Source of the DNA: Verrucomicrobiota bacterium
Lineage (GTDB): Bacteria; Verrucomicrobiota; Lentisphaeria; Lentisphaerales; Lentisphaeraceae
DNA length: 64,000 nt
Direction of reading: 5' to 3'
Assembly (NCBI GenBank): GCA_039798785.1
Contig: JBDKFG010000003.1
Location: 1-64,000 of the forward strand
The notes below the pieces were generated by a model, which worked only from the letters and a program-made list of their open reading frames with translations, made no database searches and was not told the DNA's origin. The position numbers and the translations under genes were made by a program. Below, in pieces: positions 26,844 through 36,057 of this stretch (positions are counted from its first letter, which is position 1; the number at the start of each line of letters is the position of its first letter).

Positions 26844-27704
26844 ATGTCCGAGCAGTTCAAACTGAAAGTCACTTCGGCGATCGAAAAAGTGCCGTCGCTG
26901 CCGCTGACGGCGCTGAAGATCGTCAAGCTTGCCAACGACATCAATTCCCCTCCCAAAGACATGCTGGACACGATCAAGATGGATCCGATGATCACCGGCA
27001 AGGTCCTGAAGCTGATCAACTCCTCTTATTTCGGCCTCAGCCAACAGGTGACGGACCTGCGCCAAGCCTTGGTCATGCTTGGTGCCAACACGGTGAAGAA
27101 CATCGCGCTCGCTTCGGCCCTGCTGTCGACCATGCGCAGCGGATCCGGCTCTGCCGGCGGCTTGGATCAGGACGCACTTTGGCTGCGGTCCCTCGCCACC
27201 GCTTGCGGCGCCAAGCTGGCGGCGAAAAACGCCGGCGTGCCGCGAGCCCAGATCGAAGAGTATTTCCTCCTCGGCCTTCTCCATGACTGCGGACGCATCT
27301 TCTGCTTCCAGATGCTGGCGCAGGAATACCTCGCCGTCCTGATCAAGGCTCAAAAAGAGCAGATCCCACTCGCCTCCGCTGAGATGGAAGAGTTCGGCAT
27401 GCGGTCGGCGCAGATCGGCGGCCTCCTGGCCGAACGCTGGCAGTTGCCAGCCAACATCCATGACGCCATTCTCTACCATGAAAATCCGCTCGACTCGCAA
27501 GCCCACGCTCGAGAGGTCGCCATCGTCACCGTCGCGCGCCACCTCGTCCAGACCCTCAATCTCGGCTGGAACGACGGACTTCTGGTCCCGCCGCTAAGCA
27601 CCGATTTGATCTCCAAGTCCGGCGTCGACTTCGACCGGCTCCGCGGGGATTTCTCGGTGATTCGCGACGAGATCGAAAAGGCCAAGATGTTCATCCAACG
27701 CTGA
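26844..27704 (+). CDS. HDOD-domain protein
   Basis: PSLP, DPMITGKVLKLINSSYFG, ALVMLG, GLLHDCG, AERWQLP, ILYH. Confidence 0.9.
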   Translation: MSEQFKLKVTSAIEKVPSLPLTALKIVKLANDINSPPKDMLDTIKMDPMITGKVLKLINSSYFGLSQQVTDLRQALVMLGANTVKNIALASALLSTMRSGSGSAGGLDQDALWLRSLATACGAKLAAKNAGVPRAQIEEYFLLGLLHDCGRIFCFQMLAQEYLAVLIKAQKEQIPLASAEMEEFGMRSAQIGGLLAERWQLPANIHDAILYHENPLDSQAHAREVAIVTVARHLVQTLNLGWNDGLLVPPLSTDLISKSGVDFDRLRGDFSVIRDEIEKAKMFIQR

Positions 27705-27716
27705 AAGGGAACTGCC

Positions 27717-28328
27717 ATGAGCCACCTGATCACCAATGACAACTTCGTCGACACCATCGATCAGGTCGAGAAAATCGACGGACTTTGCATCTTCATCGAC
27801 ATCGTCGACTCGACCCGTATGAAGCTCGTCGGCGCCGAGGTCTGGATCAAGGAGATCTGCAAAACCTTCTCAGCCATCCAGCTTCGCATGGAGCCGGTGC
27901 AACCCCTGAAAACCATCGGTGATGAACTGATGTATTTCATCCCTGAGTCGGAGATCCGCGAGCTCGGACTGAGCACCTTGTCGATTTTCGAATCCCTCTG
28001 CGACCAACTGACTCTCGACCGCTTCGAGGAGGTCCGTTCCGTCAGGATCGGCGCAGCCTGGTGCAGCGGCGTCTATCCCATCACCTTCCGTGTCGGGGTT
28101 TCGGACTATTACGGTCTCGACATCGATCTCTGCGCCCGCCTGTGCAATCTGGCGGCGGAAAGGGAACTGATCATCAACGAAGCTCTGCAGATGAAGCTGA
28201 CCGAAGATTTCCGCAAGCTTCCAGATGGCCAGAATTTTCACTATTTCCTCAAGCTCCGGGGCCCCTGGCCAATGCGCATCAAGGGCATCGAGCACTATGT
28301 CAACATCTTTAAAATCCCCTGCGACTAA
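27717..28328 (+). CDS. Stand-alone class III nucleotidyl cyclase-like protein
   Basis: FIDIVDST, KTIGDELM, VRIG, DYYGLDIDLCARL, IKGI. Confidence 0.75.
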   Translation: MSHLITNDNFVDTIDQVEKIDGLCIFIDIVDSTRMKLVGAEVWIKEICKTFSAIQLRMEPVQPLKTIGDELMYFIPESEIRELGLSTLSIFESLCDQLTLDRFEEVRSVRIGAAWCSGVYPITFRVGVSDYYGLDIDLCARLCNLAAERELIINEALQMKLTEDFRKLPDGQNFHYFLKLRGPWPMRIKGIEHYVNIFKIPCD

Positions 28329-28610
28329 ACTGAAATTCCACTCTCGGCGATTGAATCCGAATCAAGCTCAATTGAACCGCAGACATTGTGCTCTACGCGC
28401 CATTTGGGGCCAGCTGTCTTTCGTCGCACCTTCCTTCCTTCGACTCATACAAGACGTAAAAAAGCGACGTATCTCAGTCGAATTTCAGGATCACAGCTTA
28501 AGGGAGTGCTTTGAGATCCAGAAGGATGGACGGCAAGACTGATCTTGAAAGCGGCTTCACCCACCCCAAAAACTTTAGTTAACTAAACAAAATAAAAAGA
28601 TTTAAAAGAG

Positions 28611-28746
28611 CTCGAGAGTCACGAGTTCATCGTGTTGAGCTCAAGTTTGTGGCACCGGCTTTAGCCGGCTTATTCTGCATCTGCCAGATTTTGAGCTCAA
28701 CGGACGGCTGAAGCCGGAGCTACAAACAGAACTCCTGACTCTCGAG
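28611..28746. mobile_element. 136-bp MITE-like element with 18-bp TIRs and a 7-bp target duplication
   Basis: CTCGAGAGTCACGAGTTC / GAACTCCTGACTCTCGAG (17/18); AAAAGAG at 28604-28610 and 28747-28753. Confidence 0.8.
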
Positions 28747-28870
28747 AAAAGAGCAAATCTGATTGAATCAGCGTCATTTTCATGAAAATTTATGATTAAT
28801 TAAGTTTTAAGATTTGGCCTTTGGTGTAGACTTTTATGGGGAACCTCAAATAACCAAAAGGAATTCAGAC

Positions 28871-29758
28871 ATGAAATTGACTCAGCAGGAACGTGATGCG
28901 ATGGCAGCGTGGATGGCCAAGAAGGGTCTCACTCAGCAGGCCGTCGGCAAGCTTATCAAGGTCACTCACGTCAGCGTCATGAAGTGGATCAAAGGCGGAG
29001 GCATCCGTCCGGCTCAATTGGCACTTCTTCGTCCTCTCATCGCCCCCTACATGCAGCTTGATCCGAAGCGCCAGCCGACGGGTGAACTGGCCGCACTGCG
29101 CACCAAACTGCTTTCCTATACGGACCAGCATCCCGCCCTCATCCGCCTCCACATGAACATGCTCGACCAGATGGAGGAGTTCCTCCGCGAGATGGAGACG
29201 GAAGCCAGAAGAGCAGCCCGGAACAGCTCGGCCCCTGCCCTTCCTCACGCCCCGGTCCCGACCCTGTCCCTGGTCCGCTCGCAGCGCACCACCTCCACTC
29301 TCGAGGACGTCGCCGCAGGCCCCGGCAGCAGCATGATCGCCGGATTGATTCCCGCGGCCGTCAAAGGCATGGAGGATGACCAGAGCATCCAGGTCGTCAC
29401 GCTCTCCGGCACCAGCATGGAACCCACCTTCATGGATCGCGAATGGCTGATCCTGCGCAAGTTCGATGGCGGCCCCATCGTCCTCGGCAAGAAAGCCGCC
29501 AACCAGGAGAACAGCTTGAAGCGTGCCTATGCGGAAATCGCCGACGGCAGCGTCGTCGTCCTCTCTCAGGACCAAGGCAAGACCATCACCTGCAAGCGCA
29601 TCGCCTACCGCTGGCAGGAGAAGACCCGCGAGCTCTGGTTGGTGGCGGACAACAAGTCCGAGCCCGGCTATCCCCGTGCTCTCAGCGCCGAATCCGATCT
29701 GATCGTCTACGGCAAGGTCATCGGCCGCGCCGACATCAACAGCATCGAGCTGACTTGA
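28871..29758 (+). CDS. XRE-HTH plus S24 peptidase repressor (LexA/CI-like)
   Basis: GLTQQAVGKLIKVTHVSVMKW HTH; VAAG cleavage-type site; GTSMEP Ser; TCKRI Lys. Confidence 0.8.
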   Translation: MKLTQQERDAMAAWMAKKGLTQQAVGKLIKVTHVSVMKWIKGGGIRPAQLALLRPLIAPYMQLDPKRQPTGELAALRTKLLSYTDQHPALIRLHMNMLDQMEEFLREMETEARRAARNSSAPALPHAPVPTLSLVRSQRTTSTLEDVAAGPGSSMIAGLIPAAVKGMEDDQSIQVVTLSGTSMEPTFMDREWLILRKFDGGPIVLGKKAANQENSLKRAYAEIADGSVVVLSQDQGKTITCKRIAYRWQEKTRELWLVADNKSEPGYPRALSAESDLIVYGKVIGRADINSIELT

Positions 29759-29781
29759 TCCCCCGATCAAACTGACTCAGC

Positions 29782-29812
29782 CCTCAGGAGCCTGTCTCCT
29801 GAGGTTTTTTTT
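29782..29812 (+). terminator. Intrinsic terminator
   Basis: CCTCAGGAG-CCTGT-CTCCTGAGG followed by T8. Confidence 0.85.
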
Positions 29813-29866
29813 CACTGTGGGACCGGCGCCGAGCCGAGCAGCGGGCGGCAGGCCCAAGGCCAGACG

Positions 29867-30027
29867 AATATTTTCGACCTGTGCAAGTCCAGATCGAGCA
29901 CAGTTTGAGTTGTGAGCTCTGCAGCTCGTCGCGATGATCTCTGGACGCCCCTCCAGGACTAGAATCGACTCGGTATCCCACCCAGGTTTTGCCCTCGCAA
30001 TCTCGAGACTTGCACACGTCGAATATT
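29867..30027. repeat. Second REP-doublet-like element of the 1782-2000 family
   Basis: AATATTTTCGACCTGTGCAAGTC ... GACTTGCACACGTCGAATATT; shares the internal CGCCCCTCCAGG. Confidence 0.75.
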
Positions 30028-30226
30028 TTGGTTGCGGGCGCCCCTAGCTCCCTAGCTCCCGAAGCTGTGATCAATAAACGAGCAGATCTTGGACACTGCG
30101 GCGTCGACACCTGATCCCGTTGCTTTTCGCTTCTACTCACCCCTCCATTGCCGCAGGGAAGCGCTTGGCAAGGGAACAATTCCGGGTTAGCTTGTGATCT
30201 CCCGATCAACCCTACCAGGAATCCCG

Positions 30227-30841
30227 ATGATGAACTCCATCCGCCTCGATGACGACCATGACTGCGACTCGAAAGACAAGAAGGAGAAGGGCGAAGCCGA
30301 CAAGATGCTCGGCGAGATGCTCGCCACCCGCACCATCATCATCGCCGAAGAGGTTTCGCCGGAACTGTCGCGCCGAGTCCTCACTCAGCTGGTCCTGCTC
30401 AATCGTCGCAGCGAGACTGAGCCGATCCGGGTCTACATCAACTCCCCCGGCGGCTGCGCCGACTCCGGCTTCGCCATTTACGACATGCTGCGCTTCTTCC
30501 CCGCTCCGGTAATCACCATCGTCAGCGGCCTCTGCGCTTCCGCCGGCATCGTCATCTTCCTTGCCGCGGAGAAAGGCAAGCGCCTCTCGCTCGCCAACTC
30601 GCGCTTCATGCTGCACCAGCCCTCCACCGGCGTCCGAGGCACCGCTTCCGACATCGAAATCACCGCCGACGAGATCGTCAAGACCCGCGTCCGTTACAAC
30701 ACCCTCGTCGGCGAATGCACCGGCAAGACCATGGAGCAGGTCACCAAGGATTGCGACCGCGACTTCTGGATGTCCCCGGAGGAATGCGTCGCCTACAACC
30801 TGGTCGACCGCATCGTCATCCGCTCCTCCGACATCGGCTGA
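30227..30841 (+). CDS. clpP: ATP-dependent Clp protease proteolytic subunit
   Basis: YINSPGG, CASAG, FMLHQP, DRDFWM. Confidence 0.93.
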   Translation: MMNSIRLDDDHDCDSKDKKEKGEADKMLGEMLATRTIIIAEEVSPELSRRVLTQLVLLNRRSETEPIRVYINSPGGCADSGFAIYDMLRFFPAPVITIVSGLCASAGIVIFLAAEKGKRLSLANSRFMLHQPSTGVRGTASDIEITADEIVKTRVRYNTLVGECTGKTMEQVTKDCDRDFWMSPEECVAYNLVDRIVIRSSDIG

Positions 30842-30857
30842 TTCCGGAGCTGTCAAG

Positions 30858-31982
30858 ATGGAATCGAGCTCCAGCCCCGCGGCGCCGTCCTCGGGGTTGG
30901 TTCGTTTTTCCTGCCCGATGTGCCGCAGTACCCTGGAAGCGGAACTGAAGCTCCAGAATGCCCGCATCTCCTGCCCCCGCTGCCGCCACACCTGCTCCGT
31001 CCCTGCTCCCAGCCTGCCGCCGGGAGCTATGATCGCCGGCAGCCGCGTCCAGCGCTTCCTCGGCGGCGGCGGCATGGGCGAGGTCTACGAGGTCCAGCTT
31101 GGCGACGGACGTTCCGCAGCCCTGAAAATCCTCAGGAAAAACCGCATCCAGCCTGAGGATTTGAGCTCCTTCCGCACCGAAGCCGAGCTCTCGCTGCGAC
31201 TCAACCACCCCAACATCATCCATGGATGGGAGTACGGCGAACATCAAGGCCAGCCCTTCCTGATCTCCGAACTGGTGCAAGGCCGTACAGTCGAAGACCT
31301 TCTCCGTCGCCGCACGGTCATCGACGAGCGCGAGTCCCTGCGCCTCTGCCTCGCAGTCTGCGAAGGCATGGGCTACGCCTGGAAAGAGGCCCGCATCATC
31401 CATCGCGACCTCAAGCCCGCCAACATCATGCTGACCCGAGGCAACGTCGTCAAAATCCTCGATCTAGGTGTCGGCATCCGGGCCGAACATGCCGGAGAGG
31501 AGCAACTCGCCATCGGCACGCCTCCCTACATGAGCCCGGAACAGGCTGCCCGGCCGATGAGCATCGACCACCGCTCCGACATCTATTCACTGGGTGCCTG
31601 TCTGTACGAGATGGTCACCGGGATTGAGCCCTACCAGGGCCGGGCTGATGAAGTGATCAACCAGGTGGCTCGCCAGGCGCCGCCGCCGCCGGAAGAACGC
31701 CGCCCGGGCATATCCAATTCGATCTCCGCGCTGATTTGCCGCCTGATGGCGCGCGATCCGGCGAAACGCCCTCAGACCTGGGAAGCCGCAGCCCTCGAGA
31801 TCCGCGAACTGCTGGAACCCAAGACCACCGGGCCGGGCGCCGACTCCCCCAGCCCCGCCTACACCTACGTCGCCGCTGAAGACCGCGGCGCCTACACCTG
31901 GCTTTGGGCCCTTGCATGCGCCAGCCTCCTCTCCCTCGGACTCGCCTGGTTCCTCCTGGTCAAAAGCGGCCTGCTCCCCTGA
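30858..31982 (+). CDS. Hanks-type Ser/Thr kinase with an N-terminal Zn ribbon and a C-terminal TM anchor
   Basis: CPMC...CPRC; GGGGMGEVY, ALK, HRDLKPAN, DLG, GTPPYMSPEQ. Confidence 0.92.
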   Translation: MESSSSPAAPSSGLVRFSCPMCRSTLEAELKLQNARISCPRCRHTCSVPAPSLPPGAMIAGSRVQRFLGGGGMGEVYEVQLGDGRSAALKILRKNRIQPEDLSSFRTEAELSLRLNHPNIIHGWEYGEHQGQPFLISELVQGRTVEDLLRRRTVIDERESLRLCLAVCEGMGYAWKEARIIHRDLKPANIMLTRGNVVKILDLGVGIRAEHAGEEQLAIGTPPYMSPEQAARPMSIDHRSDIYSLGACLYEMVTGIEPYQGRADEVINQVARQAPPPPEERRPGISNSISALICRLMARDPAKRPQTWEAAALEIRELLEPKTTGPGADSPSPAYTYVAAEDRGAYTWLWALACASLLSLGLAWFLLVKSGLLP

Positions 31983-31988
31983 GCCCGC

Positions 31989-33179
31989 TCAGGGGCAGAG
32001 CTTGAGGAAGAGGACGATCACCCAGGCGTTGCAGAAGGAGACGAAGCAGGCCGCGACGATCGGGACGATCAGGCAGGCCTGCGGCGCCGGGCCGTAGCGA
32101 CGGGTGAGCGACTGCATGTTTCCCATCGCGTTGGCGGTGGTCCCCAGCATGAAGCCGGTCATGCCCGCAGCCATCACCGCCGCCTCGTAGTCGCGGCCGC
32201 AGAAACGGAAGATCAGGAAACGGGCGCAGAGCAGCACAAAAGCCGCTTGCGCCAGAAGGATGAGTGGCAGCAGGAAACTGACCTGGGCCAGGCTGTTCCA
32301 GTCGAGGGTGATCAAGGCGAGGCAGAGAAACAGGTTCAGGCAGAGCCGGGAGAGGCCGTCGAATATCGCCGGGTGAAAATCGAAACAACGCCACTTCTCG
32401 TCGATCTGACGGAGAGCGCAAGTGACCAGCATCACCGGCAGGAATTCCGGCAGATTCCAGCCCAGATGCAGCGCCAGGCGGTGGAGCAGCAGTCCCGGCA
32501 GAAGGGCCGCGATCAGCCAGAGCCCATGGCGGAGAAGCTGCCGCGAATCGAAACCTTCGGCAGAAGCCTCCGCCGCTGCCGTAGCCGCTACGGGAGCGTC
32601 GGCCGGGCGCGGCGGCAGGAGGCGCAGCAGCCAGGTGCCGAGCGGCCCGCCCAGCAGACCGCCCAGGAGAATGCCGCCCAGCGCCCCCGCAAGCCCCCAA
32701 GTGGCGGCATCCGTAATCCCCTTCGCCGAAAATTCCGAACTGAAGGCCAGCGCCGTCGCCGGCCCGCCGGTGAGCGCAGCCGAACCGGTCAAGGTGCCTA
32801 GCAGGAAAGGCTGCCCTGCCGCCCAGGCGATCAGGCCCCCGAGAAGATTCTGGCCCAGCATCATCAGCACGCAGAGGGCCAGGAAAATCCACACCAGCCG
32901 CCCCCCCTGGCGCAGACGCGCCAGCGACGCCTCGAAGCCGATGGCGCCAAGATACAGCGTCATCAAATGCAGGTTGAGCGACGAATCGAAATGGAATTCC
33001 AGGCCGCCCCCGAGCCGCAAGGCCAGCAGGATCAGCGCGACCAGGGTGCCGCCGACGATCGCCGTCGGCAGGCTCCAGGCGCCAAGCCTCGGCACCAGCC
33101 TCAGGCAGAGAGCCCCGAGCAGCCAGGCGGCCGCGGCGAGGCCGAAGCTCATCGGCAGGTTGATCTCGATCGGCGCCAT
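31989..33179 (-). CDS. gltS: Sodium/glutamate symporter
   Basis: LTGGPAT, RDYEAAV, GFMLGTTANAMGNM, YGPAP. Confidence 0.85.
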   Translation of the reverse strand: MAPIEINLPMSFGLAAAAWLLGALCLRLVPRLGAWSLPTAIVGGTLVALILLALRLGGGLEFHFDSSLNLHLMTLYLGAIGFEASLARLRQGGRLVWIFLALCVLMMLGQNLLGGLIAWAAGQPFLLGTLTGSAALTGGPATALAFSSEFSAKGITDAATWGLAGALGGILLGGLLGGPLGTWLLRLLPPRPADAPVAATAAAEASAEGFDSRQLLRHGLWLIAALLPGLLLHRLALHLGWNLPEFLPVMLVTCALRQIDEKWRCFDFHPAIFDGLSRLCLNLFLCLALITLDWNSLAQVSFLLPLILLAQAAFVLLCARFLIFRFCGRDYEAAVMAAGMTGFMLGTTANAMGNMQSLTRRYGPAPQACLIVPIVAACFVSFCNAWVIVLFLKLCP

Positions 33180-33188
33180 CGTCGGGCC

Positions 33189-35174
33189 TCAACCCGGCTT
33201 CTGGGAGGATTCGAGCTTGGCGACCAGCCAAAGGCCAAAAGGAAAGAGCAAAAGGGCGCCGGCCAGCACCTGCCCTTGATGAGCCTCGAGGAAGCTCAAC
33301 AAGCCGGGCGGCGGCGCCAGGGTGACCAGCACCGCCAGGCTGTTGAAGACTGCGTGAAGGAAGATGCCGGGGAAGATCGAGCGGCTCCGAAGCGCCAGCC
33401 AGGCGAGCACGCAGCCGGCCAGGAAGGTGCCGGGCAGACGGACTATGCTCATGTGCATCAAGCCGAAAAGCAAGCCTTGGACAAAGATGATCGCCCCCGT
33501 CCCCATCCTTCCCTTCATCGCGCTCAGGAGGGCGCCGCGGAAGAGCACTTCCTCACAGACCGCCGGCGTGACCGCGAAAAGACAGACGCAACCGATCAGT
33601 CCGATCTGCTCCTCGGCCTTCTTCATCACCTCGAGAATCATCTTCTCCGTCTCGCCGCCGCCGCTTTTACCGAAAAGCAGCTCGGTCACGCCACTGCCCA
33701 GAACCTGCATACTGGGAGCGATGAGCAGGCAGACCAGGAACAACGACCACTTCGGGGACACCAGTGAAAGGGCCGGGGCCAGGCGGACCCGGTGCAGCCG
33801 CAGATACAAGAGGGTTCCGAGTCCGAGGAAGCCCCATTGCGACACCGCCAGGCCACCCACCGGATCTGCCGCCTGCAAGGGCATGCCAAGCTGGAAATTG
33901 ACGATGCCGGCGAGAAAGACCAGCAACAAGGCTTCGTCCAACGCCAGGCGATCGCGCCATGGACGCCTGGCCCAGCCCTTGAAGCTGAAGATCTTCGCTT
34001 CCGGCGGCGCCAGCAGAGTTTCGCCGGACCAAAGCTTCGCCAGGAGGACCAGGAGCACCGAAGTCCAGCAAAGAGTGGCCCCGCAGACCGCAAGCACCTG
34101 CGACAGGGTGGCGTCGCCAAGCAGCAGTTGCTGCACCAGAAGGCAGAAGTTGATGAAGGGGAGGGTCACGGTCGCACCTTCGAGAGCGATGCCTGGCATT
34201 GAGCTGGCGAGAGCCGGCAGGCAAGCCGCGAGGGTCAAGGGCAGAAGCATGTGCCCGGCTTCAGTGACGCTGCGGGCGAAGGAGGCGAGCAGAAGAGCGG
34301 CGGCGGCCACGAGCGCGGCGGTGCAAGCCGTCGCCAGCAGCAGCCCGGGAATCGCCTCCCAGGGCAAGCTGAAGTTGATCGCCTCGGTCTGGCCGGAGGC
34401 GACTGCGGAGACCTTGAGCTGCGACATGGTGAGCGTCATGCTGGCAAGGTTGGCGAGGCCGCTCATCACCCCCATCGAAGCGACCATGAGGAACTTGCCG
34501 GTGACGATCTCGAGCCGTCCGGCCGGGGAGCAAAGCAAGGTTTCCAGGGTGCCGCGTTCGCGTTCGCCGGCGGCGCAGTCCTGGGCCATCAGGCCGCAGC
34601 CGACCACCAGCATCAGCAGCATCAGCGCCGGCAGGGCCCGGCCGGCGAGGAAGCGGGTGTCCTTCTCCTTGCCTCCGATGCCGTATTCCACCACCCGCAA
34701 AGGCTGCAGGACGCCGGTCCCTAGACCGGCCTTCTCCAGGGCAGCCAGGCGCAGCTCGGAGCCGCATTTCTCCAGCTCGTCGCGCAGCGCCGCGACCGCA
34801 TGCCGCGCCTGGCCGTCGCCGTTGTCGAAACTGATGCCGTAGGCGGCCGTCTCGCCGTTTTTCGCGGTCAAGGGCCCGACCCAGAGCTTCATCGTCTTGG
34901 GATCGAGTTTGCTGCTGATCGTCGCCTGAAGCGAGGCACCCTTCAGGGCTTTCTGCAGATGGACGTCTTGCCCGAGACTGGGAGCGATGCCGACCGGCTG
35001 TACCAGGGTGCTGAGGCGCTGCTGCTGCGCCTGCCCCATCTCGGCAGTGACGAGCAGCAGCCCCGGATAGAGCAGCGCCGGAAGAAGGAACATCACCATC
35101 AAGGTGCGGCGGTCACGGAAGACTTCTCGAGCTTCCTTGCTCCACACCAGCCAGACCTGTTTCCAGTCGATCAT
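33189..35174 (-). CDS. natB: NatB-like ABC permease fused to a CPBP/CAAX protease domain
   Basis: KEAREVFRDRRT, AGERERGTLETLL, EEVLFRG, FGLMH, HAVFN. Confidence 0.85.
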   Translation of the reverse strand: MIDWKQVWLVWSKEAREVFRDRRTLMVMFLLPALLYPGLLLVTAEMGQAQQQRLSTLVQPVGIAPSLGQDVHLQKALKGASLQATISSKLDPKTMKLWVGPLTAKNGETAAYGISFDNGDGQARHAVAALRDELEKCGSELRLAALEKAGLGTGVLQPLRVVEYGIGGKEKDTRFLAGRALPALMLLMLVVGCGLMAQDCAAGERERGTLETLLCSPAGRLEIVTGKFLMVASMGVMSGLANLASMTLTMSQLKVSAVASGQTEAINFSLPWEAIPGLLLATACTAALVAAAALLLASFARSVTEAGHMLLPLTLAACLPALASSMPGIALEGATVTLPFINFCLLVQQLLLGDATLSQVLAVCGATLCWTSVLLVLLAKLWSGETLLAPPEAKIFSFKGWARRPWRDRLALDEALLLVFLAGIVNFQLGMPLQAADPVGGLAVSQWGFLGLGTLLYLRLHRVRLAPALSLVSPKWSLFLVCLLIAPSMQVLGSGVTELLFGKSGGGETEKMILEVMKKAEEQIGLIGCVCLFAVTPAVCEEVLFRGALLSAMKGRMGTGAIIFVQGLLFGLMHMSIVRLPGTFLAGCVLAWLALRSRSIFPGIFLHAVFNSLAVLVTLAPPPGLLSFLEAHQGQVLAGALLLFPFGLWLVAKLESSQKPG

Positions 35175-35181
35175 AAGAGCT

Positions 35182-35220
35182 CACAAGTTGAAAGGTTGAA
35201 AGGTTGAAAGGTTGAGCGCC
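35182..35220. repeat. GTTGAAAG 8-mer tandem repeat, related to 723-733, 1081-1100, 1215-1246 and 4405-4458
   Basis: CACAAGTTGAAAGGTTGAAAGGTTGAAAGGTTGAGCGCC. Confidence 0.75.
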
Positions 35221-35319
35221 CCAGAAACAGTCAACGACGTAGCCGGATAGCTGTGAAAGAGATAGCGGCGCGAATTTTTATCGCTGTCGTCCATGTGTCC
35301 ACCTTATCAACTTGCCGAT

Positions 35320-36057
35320 TCAGTTCTGCGCCGATGCAAGGCGCGAGAACAGAGTCGGCAAGGTGTCGGCCTGATTTTGCTCCAAGACTTCAGCTGCACT
35401 GCCGCAGCCAAGCGAGCGCCCCTGATGGATGATCATCAGGCGCGGACAGATTGCTTCGATCTCCTCGAGATGGTGGCTGCAGTAAAGCATCACCCGTCCT
35501 TCCTCTCGGAGCCCGGCGACAAGGTGCAGCAACGATTGGCGTGCGACGACGTCGAGCCCGGAGGTGGCTTCGTCCAGGATCAGCAGGCGCGGACGGTGGA
35601 TCAAGGCGCGGGCGATGCCGACCTTCTGCTTCTGGCCGGTGCTCAAACCGCCACAGGGACGCTCGATGAACTCCGCCATCCCGAGACGCTCGATCAACTC
35701 GTCGGCGCGACGCTTGGTTTCGGCAGCTTCGAGGCCATGCAGCCCGGCGAAGAATTCCAGGGTTTCCCGCGGCGTCAGACGGCGATGAAGACCGGTTGAG
35801 CAACTGAGATACCCGACTATCCGACGGGTCTTTTCTGGACTGGCGAGCAGATCGACCCCGTCGATTTCGACTGAGCCCCCGTCGGGACGCAGCAGCGTCG
35901 CTAGGATCTTCAGGCAGGTGCTTTTCCCGGCGCCGTTCATCCCGAGGACGCCAAGGGCTTCGCCGCCGGCGGCGGTGAAGCTCAGGCCGTCGAGAGCCTT
36001 CACCTCCCCTCCCCGCCCGTCGGCGAAATGTTTGCGGAGATCGCGGACTTCTAACAT
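35320..36057 (-). CDS. natA: NatA-like ABC ATP-binding protein
   Basis: GMNGAGKS, LSTGQKQKV, ILDEATSGLD. Confidence 0.85.
   Translation of the reverse strand: MLEVRDLRKHFADGRGGEVKALDGLSFTAAGGEALGVLGMNGAGKSTCLKILATLLRPDGGSVEIDGVDLLASPEKTRRIVGYLSCSTGLHRRLTPRETLEFFAGLHGLEAAETKRRADELIERLGMAEFIERPCGGLSTGQKQKVGIARALIHRPRLLILDEATSGLDVVARQSLLHLVAGLREEGRVMLYCSHHLEEIEAICPRLMIIHQGRSLGCGSAAEVLEQNQADTLPTLFSRLASAQN

Noticed and set aside
26673..27542. N-terminal extension of the 467-aa ORF 26139-27542
   Set aside because: Overlaps the HDOD gene on the opposite strand; the receiver domain starts at ATG 26672 after an AGGAG RBS
27717..28328. Pycsar or CBASS defence system
   Set aside because: No adjacent cNMP-binding TM/TIR effector and no CD-NTase motifs
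28814..29758. Prophage
   Set aside because: No integrase, structural, replication or lysis genes nearby
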